Source of the DNA: Octopus bimaculoides
Lineage: Eukaryota
Direction: 5' to 3'
Assembly: GCF_001194135.2 (NCBI RefSeq)
Contig: NC_069000.1
Span: forward strand, 21,506,931 to 21,570,930
DNA: 64,000 bases
This document shows, one piece after another, positions 11,631-23,639 of the stretch (position 1 is its first letter; every line of letters starts with the position of its first letter). Under the pieces are notes generated by a model, which was given only the letters and a program-made list of their open reading frames with translations, did not search any database and had not been told where the DNA came from. Both the position numbers and the translations under genes were made by a program.

Positions 11631-12825
11631 TATATATATAAATGAAATATTCAAACACTGAGATTTGAAGTTAGATGTCATATATATATATCATCATCAT
11701 CATCTGCAGCAGCAGCATTTAACGTCAATCTTCCAGGCAGGTGTGGGTTTGGTGGTTTGACAGCCAGATAGAAGACTACTCCAGGCTACTGTGTCTGTTT
11801 TGGCAGAGTTTTTATGGCTGGATGCTCTTCCTAACACCAACCACTCTACAGTGTGGATTGAGTGCTTTTTACGTGGTGCCAGCACATATATATATAGATA
11901 AACTTACTAGGAAATGGATGCATGGCGTTCAATCATATAACAATATAAATAATGTATATATATATGTATATATATGCATATATACATACATGTATATACA
12001 GATAGAATCAAATGTCAACTTCAGATTTATGTATAAAATTCATTTGCTGCCATAACTTGTTTTATCAATAATTTATACCTATAGCCAGTAGGGGTAGTTA
12101 AATGTTTACATTTATATAGTACAAGCAAAGTATTACATTTGCATATCACAATCAAAACAACAAAAAAAAGATATATATATATATATAATAAATGCAGAAT
12201 AAACCACAATTCAAATCAACTGATCAAGAAATAGGATAAGAGTCTGTGATTGTAAACGTAGCCTCTATAATAAACTGGGAGAGAAGTCACAAAAAAGATT
12301 GTGACTGGCAACAAAAGAACTTTGACGAAAAAGAAACAGAAATAAAGCAAAAACCAAATGAATGACTGCTTAACCAACAAGTTAAACGATCAATTGGATA
12401 GATATTTAATCGACTAATAATAAAGGAGTGGAATTGTGCATGTGTTATTAATACTGGCGTAGTGACTCTCCCTAGACACAACAAAATTCATTTCAACACA
12501 CAGATTTACATAAAGAATCTTGCAAACCAAATACAAAAAGAACATATTGTAACTTTTATGAAATTATAAATGCCATCCAATTATTTCAGTTAGTTAAGAT
12601 TAAACTGTAAAATGCATTCTTTTATAATAAAGATATAGTTTGTTTAACAACTTAGTCACAGACATAGGTATGCACAGAAGAAATTTGTTTCACAGATAAA
12701 TGGTTCTGGGTTTGATGTCACTGCAAATCATTGTGAGCAAATGTCTGCTGCCAGAGCCTCAGGTTGTTCAATAGCTTATGATTAGAATTTAGATGGGAGA
12801 CAAAACCTTCACCCATCAGTGCTCT

Positions 12826-13030
12826 CTCTTCTTATTTCTTTATTGCCCACAAGGGGCTAAACATAGAGGGGACAAACAAGGACAGACAGAGGGATTACGT
12901 CGACCCCAGTGCGTAACTGGTACTTAATTTATCGACCCCGAAAGGATGAAAGGAAAAGTCAACCTCGGCGGAATTTGAACTCAGACGAAATACTGCTAAG
13001 CATTTCACATGGCATGCTAACGTTTCTGCC
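12826..13030 (-). mobile_element. SINE, second family (well-preserved plus-strand copy at 28337-28575)
   Basis: Reverse complement of GGCGGTGAGCTGGCAGAAACGTTAGCA...GTTCAAATTCCGCCGAGGTCGACTTTGCCTTTCATCCTTTCGG.GTCGAT..ATAAGTACCAGTTACG.ACTGGGGTCGA; more than 15 copies in the window. Confidence 0.85.
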
Positions 13031-13508
13031 AGCTCGTCGCCTTTGGGCCCAGTTTCACGGTTTCAATGGTGTATGTGTTCCCCAGCTGGACGAGACGTTA
13101 GCGTTACTAATTTTTGCCTGCTGAGTGGACTGGAGCAACGTGAAATGAAGTGTTTTGCTCAAGAACACAACGCATCGCCTGGCCAAGGAATCGAAACCAC
13201 AATCTTATGATCATGATGCTGACAACCTAACCACTAAGCCACGCGCCTCCACTTTGCAGTAGAAGAGGCAGGGAGAGGAGACAGCACATTTGTAGGCCAG
13301 TGGTCGGGAATATTGGTGAGCAACTTCCTGCAAACCAGTCCAGTGGCCTTTCTTTGGATGCAGTCTAAGATGTAGATCAACATCATCATCATCATTTAGT
13401 GTCTGCTTTCCATGCTGGAATGGGTTAGACGGTTTGACTGAAACTATAGCCTTGGGCCAACCAAGTGGATTTGGTTGACAGAAACTGAAAGGCTGTTGTA
13501 TATATATA

Positions 13509-14720
13509 CAGGGTGTGATGGGTAAATTGTCACCATTTTATATTTTCAATTTCATGCATGCACATTGTTTGTTTTTGATTTTATCAATTACACAGTATAG
13601 TAGGGTCAGTTGGGCACCGTCTGTGAGAAAAACAGCTCCATGACACAATTCACTCTGCCAGAAATTTGGAAACAACATGCTATACTGCTTGGCATTTGCC
13701 ATGGAAACTCCAATAGGAACATTCCAGAGTGTTTGGGCATCAATCTGAGGACAATGCAGAAGATTTGGAAAGTGTTGGATGAGTCTAATGGTGATTATGA
13801 AGGTACAGCAGCTCGAACAACTCACTCTGTTCGTTCTGATAAGAAAAGAATTCCTGAATTTGTTGATGAGATCCAGGCCATGATTGACAATGATCACTCC
13901 AAGTTAATCAGGTCCATTGCCTGGTACATGGGAGTGTCTGAGTTTCTTATCAGGCAGGCAGTGCATGAAGACATTTGGTATTCCTCATACAAGATGGGAA
14001 AGTTCCAATTTTTATCCCAAGCCATCAAGGACAAGAGGAAAGACTATGCTCCAAAGCTTTTGAACAAACTCAAGCATCCCCTCCAACAGAACATGCTTTG
14101 GTTTTCCTCAGACAACTGTTGGCTTGCCATGTCCCTAAAACATGTACCAAGAGTGATAAAAACCAAGCATTCAGTCAACATCATGGTCTTTGGGATGATC
14201 ATTAGTGATGGCAAAGTTATGCCTCCATCCATCTTCCCACTTGGAGGCCTACATCAAGTGCTAGGAGGAGGCAGTGCTGCCATGGGTCAAGAGGGTGACT
14301 GCTGGAAGACCCTATGTCTGCCACACAAGCAGGAGAACCCAGTCATAGCTGTTAGACAATTTCTGTGACCACATCACCCCTAATATATGGCCACCTAACT
14401 CCCCTGACTGCACCCCACTTAATTATTATGTACAGTTGAACGAGAGACCAACAAAACTCCTTGTAATATCATAGATGAACTGAAGGCAAGGATTAGGGCA
14501 GCATTCACCAACTTAAACAAGGAGACCGTCTAGAAGAGTTGCAAGGGATTCCAAACTTGCCTGGAGGCCGTGGTTGAAGCCAATGGCAATTTTATGGAAT
14601 AAATTTATTCTTTGGTATTTCGAGATATTTTTATGTAATTTTGGTAAATATATGTCAAAATGAGATGCCAGTGCTACTTCCATTTTTGCGTAATTTAGAC
14701 AATTTATTCACCGCACCCTG
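13509..14720 (+). mobile_element. Decayed Tc1/mariner transposon, maT (DD37D)-type
   Basis: TIRs CAGGGTGTGATGGGTAAATTGTC / GACAATTTATTCACCGCACCCTG with TA TSDs inside (TA)n. Transposase remnant: HTH region, WFSSD, MVFGMIISDGKVMPP, then frameshifted AYIKC..VLPWVKRV.GRPYV[deletion]CHTSRRTQS..WPPNSPDC.PLNYY. The second catalytic D is deleted and there are internal stops. DD37D spacing is inferred from the remaining residues. Confidence 0.9.
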
Positions 14721-15699
14721 TATACATACATATATGGCGCAATCAGTTAATGTGTTCAGCTGTTAACCGAAAGGTTGGTGGTTCAGTTCCACCCAGGGAT
14801 GATGTGTAACTAATCTGTGAAGGGGCATGGCCCAGTGGTTAGAGCATCGGGTTCACAATCAAGAGGCAGTGAGTTCGATTCTTGCACTGGGTTGTGTGTT
14901 GTGTTTTTGAGTAAGACACTTTATTTCATGTTGCTCCAGTTCACTCAGCTGTAGAAATGGGTTGCGACGTCACTGGTGCCAAGCTGTATTGGCCTTTGCC
15001 TTTCCCTTGGATAACATTGGTGACGTGGAGAGGGGAGTGTGGTATGTATGGGCGACATTGCTTAGATTTGTGCACTGGAGGGGAACTTTCTAGGTGCGTC
15101 CCATGGTCATTCATGGTTTATTGACGTAAAAGGTTGGAAATTTTTCCCGTATCGAAGTTCGATAAGCCGAATATATATGTTGTGTGTGTGTGAGTCTTTG
15201 TGTCTGTGCTTGTTCCCCCCACATCACCGTTTGACAACTGGTGTTGGTGTGTTTACGTCCCTGTAACATAGCGGTACGGCCAAAATGACCCATAGAAATA
15301 AGTACTAGGCTTAAGAAAATAAGTCCTGAGGTCGATTTTTTCGACTAAAACCTTTCAAGACGGGGCTCCAGCATGGCCGCAGTAAAATAACTGAAAATGA
15401 ATAAAAAAATAAAAGAATTATATTTCACTCGTATGTAACTTAAGTCTTCATAGACGATTGAAGGCTTATTATTATTGTGTCCCTTTGTTCAGAACTCTCT
15501 ACTGTTACGAATCAATTTCAAAGTAAAAGTCTTCTTAGCTTTAGTTTTTTTTTTAGAACTCCACAGCTTACCATGAAAGGATACACTATTCCTTTTTCAT
15601 TGATATTACTTTGGGCTATTTTCTTATGGAATGGTTTGTTCATATAGTTTCCTACTTTAATGATTCCTTTTTTTTCTTATCCATGTCACCTATCTCTTA

Positions 15700-16800
15700 T
15701 ATATGATATCTGTTTTACATGAAAGCACTTCCCCAATGTTTCGAAACCTTCAACCGTAGCCGGATATCGCGTTATTATTTGTCATCACTCATTTTCCTTC
15801 CTCTATATCAAATAGTTAAATCAACATTTCATAGCAAATAAACTTTATGAATACGTATATATTTACATAGAATCGGTTTTTATCAGTTTAAAGATTCATT
15901 ATACTCACACATACTTTGTTCAATCATAGTTCTATACACAAACACATTTCTGAAGAGAGGTGGTGGGTGTATTCGTAAGTGTGTTTAACAAGACTTTTAT
16001 TATTTATTTGGTTATGGAGTCTCTAATTTATTGACGGTATTTGCTACTTTGTTCTCTCGTGTTTTCAATCTATAGGTTTCTGATTGTAACAATGTTGTCA
16101 CGAACCAAGATTTAATCGTTAACTACCACGTATTCCTTATAAATGACTCTCGGCATTACTTCAAGTTTTGCTAAAGAATAAACCATACGAGATTACCTCT
16201 GTAGTTGCTCAACCGGTTAGATATAGTAGTCAAATCTGCTTGAAAATAACATACTTCTGTCTCAAAAAAGGAAACTAAGTTTAAATCGGATTTAGTTGAG
16301 TCTGATATGCAAACGCTCGGGATGGGCATGTTTAGAAGGCCTTTAATCGTAAGTCTGCTTACATCTGGGGCTAAATAACGTGTACTTGGAAATATATGTT
16401 CACATAGGCCTATTTTGCCTTCTTATGAATTAAGGTATTTTAATAACACGTCCAGCTTATCTGAGTCACGAGTACTTTATATATTTCATTATTAGTTTAA
16501 CAATAGTATTTTGATTCCCCTTTGTGTCAAACATTCACAATTATTATTTTTGTTTGTTTTCGTTTTCACATTTACTACAACAATCTAAGATGAAATGAAG
16601 ATATCTGATTTTTCCCATCTTTGATAAATTTATTGTTTTATGATTTCTCTAAAATGAAAGCAAATACAAAGTTCGCCAAAGAAATGCCAAAACTTCCTTA
16701 TTTTGTTATCGTATTTGCGTTGTTTGTCAAGAGTGAACTGCCCGCTTTTTGCTAACCAGATTTACCAAGCGGACACTGAACGCTAACATACACACAAATG
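15700..16800 (+). promoter_or_regulatory. Probable nicastrin promoter / 5' UTR
   Basis: Non-repetitive, CpG-richer DNA immediately upstream of the signal-peptide exon. Confidence 0.5.
16654..16732 (+). CDS. NCSTN: Nicastrin coding exon 1 (signal peptide)
   Basis: ATG AAA GCA... gives MKANTKFAKEMPKLPYFVIVFALFVK + A; hydrophobic core. Phase-1 donor A|GTGAAC joins exon 2 in frame to give ...FVK-T-AA-IRTKDKIY. A second in-frame ATG is at 16684. Lies in a CpG-richer region. Confidence 0.75.
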
Positions 16801-17629
16801 TGTGTGTGTATGTATGTATNNNNNNNNNNNNNNNNNNNNNNNNNNNNNNNNNNNNNNNNNNNNNATAAAGAATTCATTTAACATATGCGTTTTACTCCAT
16901 TTACTGAATCTATATATTTACTCAAGTACCCAAAATAACAAGGAGTTTCAACCTCATAAACAGGAGTTACAGCACAGTCATTTTGTGATCTTTGCTACCC
17001 TAGTATCTATTAACCAATTTATTTTGTCCGAGTTAATTATTAACTTAGAGAAAATAAATACATATAATAAAATAATATATATATATATGGCACTATCTAT
17101 CTATCTATCTATATATATATATATATATAGAGGTGAGTATATGAATTAGATATGAATACTAACTTGAGTACTTTTTCTGCTTGGTTTTTGGGTATACCTA
17201 AAAGTATATACGCGTATATTCTAACTTGGCACTTTCAAACAGAATACAAATAGGTAACGCGTACGTACAAAAACAAAATACCACGCGCACACACATGCAT
17301 ACATGATTTAGATACAAAAGAGATAAAATTGAAAACAAATTCAACATTTGACGTGACAACAAAAATCACAAGATATTTGTTAACACGCATTTTACAACAT
17401 GGACTTTAGACATGAAACAAAAAACGTACATGTGGTAGGTGGTGATAGCGAACGATGAGTCCAAAATGGACTCAGCATTAAATGAAGTCAGTTTTGTTCC
17501 ACCCTTTAGACAGTATGGTATGTCATTTCGTTCAGTTGAGAAAAACTGATTAAAATCCCACACTAATTTCTGCTCCAAGTTGCTTCTATTTTCAAAGGAA
17601 ACGGAAGATACTGTGGTTTAAACATCTCC

Positions 17630-18112
17630 ATATAACCCCTCATAACTTTTATTTTGGGAGATTTTCAGAAAATTCTTGCGAATTTGTATTCTACACACAG
17701 GAACTCATACGATTATATATATATATATATAAAGTTTTTAAATTTTAAACCTCTCCCCCATAAATCCTGAAAGTTCCACTATTTTTGAATTTTTTTTAAA
17801 AAATAAGTTTAAGATACGGACAGTCCGAATTTTTTGCTAAAATCCCAGCAATGGACCACCCTTGGGTGCATCATCATTCCATTAAATGTGTTTACGGGGA
17901 GAAAAATATTTTAAAACATCAATACGTGTCAGTGACAAAGAAACAAGGTATCAAGTGGTCGTGAGATGTGCTAAAACTAACAGCTAAATCGCCCTTAAGT
18001 CACAAACACAAAGTTTTCTTTTTGCATAATCGTTTGAATTCCCGTGTGTAGAACACAAATTCGCAAAAATTTTCTGAAAATTCAATAAAATAAAAAAAGA
18101 ATTATGAGGGAA
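17630..18112. mobile_element. Foldback/MITE-like element with about 80-bp imperfect inverted arms in nicastrin intron 1
   Basis: 17633-17713 (CCCTCATAA...TTTTCAGAAAATTCTTGCGAATTTGTATTCTACACACAGGAACTCATACGATTA) is the reverse complement of 18028-18110; related sequence at about 33350-33660. Confidence 0.7.
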
Positions 18113-18916
18113 TAATTGGGGTGCTTAAAACAGAATTCCACCAAAGATACTTGTTCTCGCCTACCACAAGAATCACTACTTTCACAACTACTGCAAAATA
18201 TAAGATTACAATGCTTGTTTTTCTAAAATGACACTACTATAAAAATAATCTCTGTGAGTGACTCATCCAACTGTATTAGCAACTGCTCAATACACTTCCA
18301 CTGACGGAGATATCAGTGGGTATGGAACAATTTCTTGTGAACATGAACTGTTCTTATTTCATTTTCTTTAGCTTTATTGGTTGGCTGAATTGTCATGATT
18401 CTGAGGATCGTTATTTAAGTTGTTTTTTGTTTGTGAAAGGGACATTGCATTTTCCTCTTTACTATTAACTCCATGACCATTGAGTGCCCTCTGTGACAGG
18501 TGATATTGATGCGTTCTTCAATTGTGAGATGACAACTGCAGGAAGAACTTGGGTTGATGAGAATTCCCATGAATTGATGTTCTGGGGAAGGATGATTAGG
18601 TGTGGTACCTGAGGTGTGTTTGAGACACATGATGGTTGATGAAGAGAGGAGATGAGTAAGGGTGGTATACAGAAGAGAAGAGGCTGCTGTAGCAGAATTC
18701 AAAAAACGAGATAGTGTGTCTGCTGATCAGAAAATGTAGTGTGTTGGTGAGTGGATCATTGCTGTCACTCAACCATCTTTCTTTTTGGATGTGGTCTGGA
18801 ATATTTGAGTATATGTAGCAGCAGCACTGACTCTAGTGTAGGAGCAGTTCTTTATTGTGGATCTCACTTAATCTTCATAGTGGGTTAGACTGAAGTATAT
18901 TCTGGGTCCTATAAAG

Positions 18917-19191
18917 CAGGAGTTTTCAAACTGGTCCGCAAGGACAAGACAGGGGGTCCGTGGACAGCAAATACTTTTTATGGGCAATTTGATTTTATAA
19001 ATGTTTTTTAATTGAAATCTTTTAATTGACAATAAAACTATTTGTTAAATACTGTTAAATAAATAAATGTAAAAATATGTTATTTTAAGCAAATATTTAT
19101 GTATAAATTTCATAAGCGTTTATAAGGGGGTCCCTAAGGTAAAGCCTAAAATATAAAGGGGTCTGCAAGTCAAAAAGTTTGAAAACCCCTG
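18917..19191. mobile_element. hAT-type MITE
   Basis: TIRs CAGGAGTTTTCAAACT / AGTTTGAAAACCCCTG; 8-bp TSD CTATAAAG / CTATAAAA. Confidence 0.88.
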
Positions 19192-19894
19192 CTATAAAAG
19201 AAAGTGAGACTAGAGTGCAGTTTTAAGTATGTCATGTAAGTAACATTGCTAGGAAAGATCATTAGAGAGTGTGAGACCTAGCTTTTGTAGCTTCTTTGAG
19301 TGGATGTTTTATGCAGATGATTGGGTTGATATGGTACTGGGCTACCTGTTGAATGGTCAACAGTCTAATCTATAACCATGATTGGTATATTTCACCAATT
19401 GTAGACAGTAGCTGCACCATGGGATTGATAAAGTTCCTCAGTATGTACCGTTGAGTTCAATTTCTTAATTCCATAGAATCTTGAGATTTGGTATCAAAGA
19501 TTATTTAGACTTGATTCAGTAGTATTGCAATATCTAGGAGTTGGGCCTGAGAGTTATTCTAGACACATACTGAATGACTTATAGAACTGACCAGAACTTT
19601 TTCTCTGCAATAGTAAATGTCAACTCACCTTACCCACAAAGGTTGTCAACTTACGCTTATCTTTTTCTATTCTTTTATTTGTCTCAGTCATTTGACTGCG
19701 GCCTTGTTGGAGCACCGCCTTTAGTCGAACAAATCAACCCCAGGACTTATTCTTTGTAAGCATAGTACTTATTCTGTCAGTCTCTTTTGCTGAACTGCTA
19801 AGTTACGGAGACATGAACACACCAACGTCGGATGTCAAATGATAGCAGGGGACAAACACACACGCACACACACACACAAACATATATATATATC

Positions 19895-20875
19895 GTCGTC
19901 GTCGTCGTTTAACGTCCGCTTTCCATGCTAGCATGGGTTGGACGATTTGACTGAGGACTGGTGAAACTGGATGGCAACACCAGGTTCCAATCTGATTTGG
20001 CAGAGTTTCTACAGCTGGATGCCCTTCCTAACGCCAACCACTCAGAGAGTGTAGTGGGTGCTTTTACGTGTCAACCGCACGAAGGCCAGTCAGGCGGCAC
20101 TGGCAACGGCCACGCTCATCTCGCTCGAAAAACCTCATGTGTCACCCGCACATGAGCCAGCCCAGGGGCACTGGCAACGATCCCGCTTGAAAGATTTCAT
20201 GTGTCGCCCGCACATGAGCCAGTCCAGGGGCACCGGCAANNNNNNNNNNNNNNNNNNNNNNNNNNNNNNNNNNNNNNNNNNNNNNNNNNNNNNNNNNNNN
20301 NNNNNNNNNNNNNNNNNNNNNNNNNNNNNNNNNNNNNNNNNNNNNNNNNNNNNNNNNNNNNNNNNNNNNNNNNNNNNNNNNNNNNNNNNNNNNNNNNNNN
20401 NNNNNNNNNNNNNNNNNNNNNNNNNNNNNNNNNNNNNNNNNNNNNNNNNNNNNNNNNNNNNNNNNNNNNNNNNNNNNNNNNNNNNNNNNNNNNNNNNNNN
20501 NNNNNNNNNNNNNNNNNNNNNNNNNNNNNNNNNNNNNNNNNNNNNNNNNNNNNNNNNNNNNNNNNNNNNNNNNNNNNNNNNNNNNNNNNNNNNNNNNNNN
20601 NNNNNNNNNNNNNNNNNNNNNNNNNNNNNNNNNNNNNNNNNNNNNNNNNNNNNNNNNNNNNNNNNNNNNNNNNNNNNNNNNNAGACCCAGCCCAGGGGCA
20701 CCGGCAACGATCTCGCTCGAAAGATCTCATGTGTCACCCGCACATGAGCCAGCCCAGGGGCACTGGCAACGATCCCGCTTGAAAGATTTCATGTGTCGCC
20801 CGCACATGAGCCAGTCCAGGGGCACCGGCAACGATCCCGCTCGAAACACCCCATGCGTCACCCGCACATATATAT
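19895..20875 (-). mobile_element. RTE LINE 3' UTR with an expanded 62-bp minisatellite (20118-20875, interrupted by a gap)
   Basis: The tail matches 55169-55410 almost exactly. Repeat units start at 20118, 20180, 20710, 20772 and 20834 (period 62). Confidence 0.88.
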
Positions 20876-23639
20876 ATACGACAGGCTTCTTTCAGTTTCC
20901 ATCTACCAAATCCACTCACAAGGCTTTGTTCGGCCCGAGGCTATAGTAGAAGACACTTGCTCAAGGTGCAATGCAGTGGGGCTGAACCCGACCATGTTGT
21001 TGGTAAGGAAGCTACTTACCACGCAGCCACTCTTGCACCTGTCTGTTGACTATTTAAGCTTAATCTAATAGGCAGTGATCCTCAAATGGTATTGATAAAT
21101 TAGGCCAGTTGCCAATATTCTATTCATGTTTGTCCCAAATTCTGTACTCGATCATCTATAGAATATATTTGCAGTTCAAATAGTGACCATTTTGTCAAGT
21201 AATCTTTATTGTTTCTGAAATTTTAGTTTTTTGTTAGCATACCTTATTACAATACTCTCACGAACTCTAAAAAGGTGTGGAAAACTCTGTACATACAAGA
21301 TTTTTTCAGGAATGTATGTATAGTATACAATTAAATATACCAACAATAGTACATTGCTGGTTCAATAACAGGCAATATTGATACTGGCAGGTTTCAAACC
21401 GTGAAGAAGTTACAAACAGAATGCAGTAACGAGCATTGTTGCATTTAGATGTCCATGAATATACGTATAATTATAATTAACCCTTTTGAATTTTAAATTG
21501 GCCATATCCTGCCCGAATATTCTACCCGTTTTATACTCAAACCAGCTGGATCTGGCCTCTCACACCTACCATACAATGTTACTACTGTAAAAATAAATAA
21601 TCATATCATTGAAATCTCAAAGCTATGATGTTATCCCTGATTAATTCAAAACAATGTAAATGAATTAGCATCACATTTGACAGAATAATCTGGTCAAACG
21701 ACCATAGAATAAGCTAAACTTTTTAATTAAAAAGATACAATGTCATCCAAGTTGTTCTAATCTAAATGAAAAAGAATTATGGGTTTCAATTTAGAGAAAA
21801 AATTATTTACATATGGATTAAAAGTATCAGTCTTAAATTGAATGTTGGCAAAACAATGTGAAGAAATACACAAAGTTTGACGTAGAGAAATGAAATGTAT
21901 GCACACTAGCATTTAATGTTAGTTGTAGCTATTTCTCTTCTGTAGGCTTTCTGTTTTTCCGTAAACAAAGTCAAACAGTAAATTATAATTTTTCTGGATA
22001 GTCCCTAGATAACCTTATCACAACAGCTTTTAGAGAAAGATTTTTTTTCCCCTACATTTTAAAAATTGAAATAAGTTTAGGTATGAAATGAATTTTTTTT
22101 TTTCTTTAACTGATTAAACCACCCTTTTCCTGTATTGTAGTTGCTTTCATTTATAGTAAATGGAACCCATGTTCAGTCTCTCAGTCCTTCTCTAGCAGAA
22201 AGTCCTGGCCTCTACTTGAACTAAGCATATCTTTCCTTGCCGAGCCTTGTAAATAAATAACATACTTGTGTTGAAAACAACCAACCATAAAATCAGTGGT
22301 TCACCAATATTTTTACTCCATCAGTCACCATCATCAACATTTAATGTCCATTTTCCAAGCTGGCATGGGTTTGACAGCTGGACAGGAACTTGCAAGGCCA
22401 AGGCCCATACCAGGTTCCATATTCTGTTTTGACTTGTTTCTATGGTTGGATGCCCTTCCTAATGCTGACCACTCCACAGGGTATACTGGGTGCTTTTTAT
22501 GTGGACCATCAGTGCTTTTTACATGGCACCAGCACTAGTACCTTTTACATGACACTAGCACTCATACCAATACTTTTTATACGGCACCTTGATTTTAGGA
22601 TCTCAATTCTGTAGTGGTGAGCAGGTCTTCTCAGGTACAGTAACGTGCCACACATCTCAGTCCTCTGTCATCTCCTTCGTAAAGTTCAGCATTTTGAGAT
22701 TGGCCTTCAAATACTTCGTCCCATGTCTTCCTGGGTCTTTCTCTTTTACAACTTCCTTCCACTTTGATATGTCTCATTCTCAGTGCAGCCAATCCCTCTA
22801 ACATTATTTTAGTTATCTGTGGTCCACACAACTATTAACTTTGGATTGAAATCACTTTAAAAAGGAAATTTGTATCCTTGAACCAAGGCCAGTCTCAGGT
22901 AGGTTAGCATCAAAAGGGTTAAACAACACTAATGTCTCTTTTTAAGACTTTCTACATTCTCGTTATGCATAGAACTCTCATGAATTCATGCTGCAGTAGT
23001 TTTTATAAGTTCGTTGAAATTTCATAGGTAGTTTCTGTGTTGCATTGGAATTGCTGCCAACTCTTTATACCTTACTATTGATTGGGCTCTAGTTAGGTGG
23101 AGAATTTGAACTTCAAGTGCAAAAAACCAGAATCAGATAGCACAAGACACTCTAACAATTCTAATACCTATCAGCTGAAGGTTGGACGGGCTAAGTTGAC
23201 CTTGGAGGAATTTGAATTCAGCCACCTAGATATATGCATACATAGACCCACTCAGAAACCTAAATACATGCACACATAGATATGCATGCACATACATATA
23301 TATACATATATACACAAATACATGTATACACACACGCATACACATGATGGCTGTCCAGTTGTGGCTGAAGATGACCCTCACTGACTATTAAGAAAATTGT
23401 GCACTCAAATAGTAATGCCCATGCAAAATTTCAAGTCCAATAAGGCTTGCATGACACTTCATAGATCCTCTCCACCCTATTCTCATGATTCAGAGGCAAG
23501 CCAAAGAAAGACATCCAGTGCCAATATGAGTTACAGGCTCAGGGAATGTGGGAATGCCATGATCTCAGGCACAAATGAAAGATTCCTAAAATTGTCTAGT
23601 GCCACTCCCTGCATGTCTGGTTTTATATCAGAATGACCT

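Noticed and set aside
13610-14368. Intact 252-aa transposase
   Set aside because: Internal deletions remove the post-WFSSD segment and the second catalytic Asp; the C-terminus is frameshifted with stops.
18200-18900. Possible L2/CR1 3' fragments (also about 25760-26100, 56140-56940, 57950-58300)
   Set aside because: Only faint FPR/WN-LP-like traces in broken frames; too degenerate to annotate without a profile search.
20118-20875. Regular repeats resembling a CRISPR array
   Set aside because: Contiguous 62-bp units with no unique spacers, no cas genes, eukaryotic context, and derived from a LINE 3' UTR.
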